In this document: one piece after another, positions 59,641 through 64,000 of the stretch
Position numbering within the stretch: the stretch's first letter is position 1
How the letters are laid out: the number at the start of each line of letters is the position of its first letter
DNA from: the human T2T-CHM13v2.0 reference genome, Homo sapiens
Reading direction: 5' to 3' (one strand)
Assembly: GCF_009914755.1 (NCBI RefSeq)
Contig: NC_060935.1
DNA length: 64,000 nucleotides
Notes under the pieces: model-generated
The model's input: the letters and a program-made list of their open reading frames with translations, nothing else
Database searches by the model: none
What the model was told of the DNA's origin: nothing
Program-made: the position numbers and the translations under genes

Positions 59641-62020
59641 CTTGCTCTCTTTAGTTTCCTCTCTGGCTCTCCCTTCCCAGTTCTAACCTACTTCCTTCTT
59701 CCTCAGTGCTTTAACCACCCCCATTCCTGTTATTTAGTTACATAGCATTTCTTTAAATTGTTCCTTTTTGAAGAGCAGACCAGAAGCAAAACATAATGAG
59801 GAGGTAAACATGCACTTCAAGGACAAAATTTACTTTGCAAGCACAGGCAAGTGGATCCTTCCTCATAATTTTTGCATTGCTCACTCACCATCCAACTGTT
59901 TCTCTGTGAGAGGGCTGGAGAACATGCTGTTCTTTGTGTTTGTGCTTTGAGGACCAGGTTAAAACAATGAGGCAGATTCTGAAGGCTTCATCCAGGGAAG
60001 CTCTTAGAGCCTCTTAAATGCCTATTCTGTTCTGTCCTTCAGAGCCAAGTCAATCCCCAGGGCTGGGGCACAAACAGAATGTACTGTCTCTCCAGGGCCA
60101 CACGAGGCTCTTCCACCCCAGCTCATGGGGAGAGCCTCAAGAAAGCTGTGGCTCTGCAGTTTTGACCTCATTTCACTGTTTCTAAAGGAGTTGGCCTTGC
60201 AGAGCCATCCATGAGGATCTGAGCTCTCTGAATTTGGCCACCTGATGCAACATCCTTTTTAGGACCTGTGGGCATCCTGCACAACAGCCCAGAACCAGAG
60301 CTGAAGTGAGAGGGGGCTACTTACATAAAGGTAACTTTGGTCTGAAAGACAAAACAAGCACCTACCACCATCAAAAAATTTAAGTAGCTTGCCCAAGGTT
60401 GAACAAATAGAGGAGACAGAGCTGGCATACTTAACTCCTGCACTACGATAAAAGTCACGTTTGTGAAAGTCACCTGTGTGCTTCTTCTAAAAACACATAC
60501 TAGTGTGATTCCTCTAAACTATCAGTAAGGCAGTCATATACCTTCACCCACTCCCCAGTGCCTGTGGGCTTCTAATCCACAACAAATCCTTTGTGATCAG
60601 GATCCTGTTCTAGCTTCAGTCACCTTGTATCCTCTTCTAGAAATTCCTCATTTTTCATTTCATTCTTCTTTGCCTACCACGTACTATCTGCTAGGCATCT
60701 GTTCCTTGAGAAATTCCAACAGATCCATCAAGATCCAACTCAAATGTAAAAGATACACTGGTTCATCTCAGAACAATGCCTTGTTGAATGTTGAGACAAC
60801 ACTTTATTGGTGCCTCTGTTATAAAACTCTTGTGGACCTCCTCCCATGACTTTGACCGTGTTGACAGCAAAGAACCCCATTCCACTTTGTTTTTCAGAGT
60901 TTGACAGATAAGAAACAGTGGTTTCTGGGGCACACTTTAAGGCTTCTCTTGTCTCTCTATCCCCACACCTATTTCCCTACTTCTATGGTGGGAGAATCTT
61001 CAACTAGGTTTACCAAATTCCACTGGTGCCCAGAACACTGGAATTGGTCATTGTTCTTGTGGGGAGTTCTTTCAAAATGCAAGTGATAATGGTTATATTA
61101 ATAGCATATCTGTGAGCTGTCCTACTTTCTCCTGATCTTTTTCTCCTCTGTTCTAATCCTTTCCAATTATCTGACTAAAGGCTGAGTCTGCATCATGACT
61201 GGGGTGGTAAAAGGACCCCTGGATTGTGTCAAGCATCTCTTATGCTTCCTTGCTTACTCCTTTTTCTTGAACACTAATAGATGTTGTCTTTTGGCCTATC
61301 ATTCCTATTGCTACAGATAATTGGGTCTGTGTATTGCATGAAGCTGCAATAGTTTTAGGATTTGCTTGGTTTCAAGGCTATTTAACCTTAAGTAGTATAG
61401 AAACAATACACCGTCCGTGTGTTCTAGCCTGCTTACTAAGTTCTGCCATGTGGAATTTGAGGCCACAGCTCTAAGTGACATTAAAGGGTTGCTTTGTCTT
61501 GCTTTGCCTCTTCACACATCTATTTATTCCAGGAACCTCAAGTTACTGAAAGGATGGTTGGGCCAACACAGGATTTAGGTTTCTTGATCAACACACATTC
61601 TTGCTATCATACAAATGTTATCTCTGCAAAGCATCCCAAACATACTGCCCCAGCAGATAAGGAAATGAATCAAATTATCCCATTTCCTTCGCTCAAAGCC
61701 CTGATGTTATCTTCAGCTCCTGTCTTTCTTCTGCCTTCTGTCCAGTCAGCTCCTTAACTCCTGTCAATTCTACCTTACTAAACTGCTTTCTTGACCTGTA
61801 CCTCATCTCATCCCCACCTCAATTGTCCCTGGCATACTTTGGATGCTGGGAATCCTGCACTTGGATTACTAAAATGCTCTCCTAACTGGACATTCTCAGT
61901 CTATCCTTATGGTAGCTTGTAATGAGCTTCCTAAAAGCACAATTCAAACCTTGTTTCCCCCACTACTCAAAAATTTTAGAGGCCCTTCACTATTCATATC
62001 AGAATACTTAGGCTTATGAT

Positions 62021-62051
62021 AAAACAAAACAAAACAAAACAAAACAAAAAC
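62021..62051. repeat. (AAAAC)n microsatellite
   Basis: aaaacaaaacaaaacaaaacaaaacaaaaac. Confidence 0.9.
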
Positions 62052-62099
62052 AACCATCCTGTACAATGCATTTTTTGGGAGGGGGCAGTTAACAATTAC

Positions 62100-62290
62100 A
62101 CAAACCTGGAATTAACATTCAAATATTGGAAGATTGCTTACAAAGATACAAATTTCCAGATTTATTTGAAAAATTAGACGATTTGACCACACTGAATCAG
62201 AATCCCCAAATAGCGGTCATCATCTAGAGGTGAGTTTGGGCTTTTTAAGTGATCTCTGTGCTCCTGAAGTCGTGGCAGATCCCTCCCCAC
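62100..62290. mobile_element. Possible MER102-like DNA transposon relic
   Basis: aaatttccagatttatttgaaaaattagacgatttgaccacactg resembles recalled hAT-Charlie consensus; weak. Confidence 0.35.
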
Positions 62291-62424
62291 ACAATGGACA
62301 CACATGCACATTCTCTGGCAAACTTTATACCCACATGGCTGATTCCTGTCAATAAAATGGAAACCTTTCTCTCAAAAACAAAATTCAGATGACTTCTCAA
62401 TCTCATGTTTGAAGACTTGACCAC

Positions 62425-62890
62425 TATGGTAGACTGAGTAATGCCTCCAAACATGCTCACATCCCTATCCCCAGAACCTGTGAATGTGTTACCTTATACA
62501 CTAAAAGGGACTTTGCAGATGTGATTAAGTTAAAGATCCTAAGATAGGGAGATTATCCTGTTTATCAGGTGAGTACAATGTAATCACAAGCGTCCTTATA
62601 AGAAAAAAAACAGGAGGAAGAGATACCAGAGAGGAGATGTGACATGGAAGCAGAGATTGAACTGATTGAGATCAGAACCTAAGAAACTTTGGCAGCCTCT
62701 AGAAGCTGAAAGGGGCAAGGAACAAGTTCTCCCCTGGAGCTTCCAAAAGGAAGTGGTTCTGTCCACACTTTAATCTTAGCACTTTAGGACTTATATCAGA
62801 CTTTTGACCTCCAGTACTGTAGGATAATTAGTGTTGCATTAAATCACTTATTTTTTGGTAAACTGTTACAGCAGTGATAAAACAACTTCA
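62425..62890 (+). mobile_element. MaLR LTR (MLT1C/D-like)
   Basis: ccccagaacctgtgaatgtgttacctta, aaaagggactttgcagatgtgattaagttaaagatc, ggcagcctctagaagctgaaaggggcaagg, cagacttttgacctccag. Confidence 0.88.
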
Positions 62891-63626
62891 CCCAAACTTG
62901 ATTTTTAAAATTCACCTTCTAGGATATCTTTCTATACATTTGATGTATCACTGAGAAGAGATCACTCACCCTTCTCCCAATGCCATATAATCATACAATT
63001 TCTGAATTCATGAGTTTGCTTGAACATCTGTTTGGGTTGCCCATTTCCTCATCTCTCGAATCCAAATTCTTCACAGCTCTCAAATGCCACTTCCTCTTGA
63101 AACTTGTTCCTTTCCATCTGTTTGGCTTGACTCGATATAAGTTGATTATTTCATCTTTATACTCTTCTCCCATATTACTGGATGCTTGCAATGTGCCAGT
63201 CTTTATGTTTCTTATTTACTTTCATCTTCTTACATAATCCTCCCAAAGAGAGGCCCTTGCATGTGTATCTTCATGTGTGGACCCCTCAGCCTTCATACCC
63301 AAGTACCCTCTATTTTCTCTGCAAATCCCTGCCCCTTGACCACCTTCCATTTATAAGGGGTCCACACACATGACTGGCAGTCTTAACTCAGGAATATACA
63401 CCAGAAGAGGTCTATGCAGGTTCTGGAAGAAGGATTGCACTATGTGGCTTAGAAAGTTTGGGGTTCTCTATATACAGAGTATAAACCAGAAGTGGGGCTC
63501 TGAGTACTCATGTCTCCTTGGTCCCACAGAATCCTCACCCTTTGAGGAAAGTCACAGCCAGAGGAGGGCCAGAATGGGACCCTCCAAAGTGCAGAGACTT
63601 GGGCAGAATCCTCTCTTCTCTGGGAG

Positions 63627-63698
63627 TGGAAAGTACTGGTTTAAAAGTCTTATGTTGATGACTGGAAAGTACTGGTTTAAAAGTCTAAGGTTGATGAC
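63627..63698. repeat. 36-bp tandem duplication (2 copies, 2 mismatches)
   Basis: tggaaagtactggtttaaaagtcttatgttgatgac / tggaaagtactggtttaaaagtctaaggttgatgac. Confidence 0.95.
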
Positions 63699-64000
63699 TT
63701 ATGTTCTCAACAGCATATACCATCCATGAGGGTAAAGACGGTAGTGTACTTTTCCTTTTGTCTCTGCATGACCCTACTAGGTTTTGGAACGTGTGTTGAA
63801 TTGGTTCCCACTGAACCAAAATTCACAGTGTGGGTAGAAGGGTCCTGAAATTTCTGCCTTCCTATTCTACGTTAGTCACTAATCTAAGTGTTTTACACAC
63901 GTTCCCTTATTCAATTCTCAAAAACTTTTGAGAAAGATATTGAAGATTCAAAAAGTACATTCCAGGTAAAGTAAGTAACTTAGTCAAGATCACATGGCCA

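Noticed and set aside
62061-62076. 16-mer gtacaatgcatttttt identical to the palindrome arm at 30058-30073
   Set aside because: About one AT-rich 16-mer match is expected by chance among all position pairs in 64 kb, and the flanks do not extend.

Overview
This is primate genomic DNA, most likely human or great ape, since it carries AluJ/S/Y, L1PA and THE1/MST elements. It is AT-rich and CpG-depleted, and I find no CpG island, host protein-coding exon, RNA gene or CRISPR array. It reads as a deep intron or intergenic region made largely of transposon relics. These include about 10 Alu/FLAM copies, many MIR, L2 and CR1 fragments, hAT-Charlie elements (Charlie1-type, MER20, MER5, MER3) and six MaLR elements, one being a full-length MSTA-type provirus with an intact 5-bp TSD. 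There are also several L1s, two with twin-priming 5' inversions. The only recognisable proteins in the ORF track are L1 ORF1/ORF2 relics; the other ORFs are repeat-derived or chance frames. I cannot demonstrate a new biological system here. The best leads are: (i) a perfect 94-bp palindrome built around (TA)26; (ii) three independent L1 copies of different ages all rearranged at the same ORF2 'FNIVLEVL' codons; (iii) several micro-scale template-switch scars; (iv) a strong LTR/L1 orientation bias suggesting a minus-strand host transcript; and (v) a possible LTR-driven spliced non-coding transcript. Repeat family and subfamily names come from my recollection of consensus sequences, not from a computed alignment, and boundaries of old elements are approximate.
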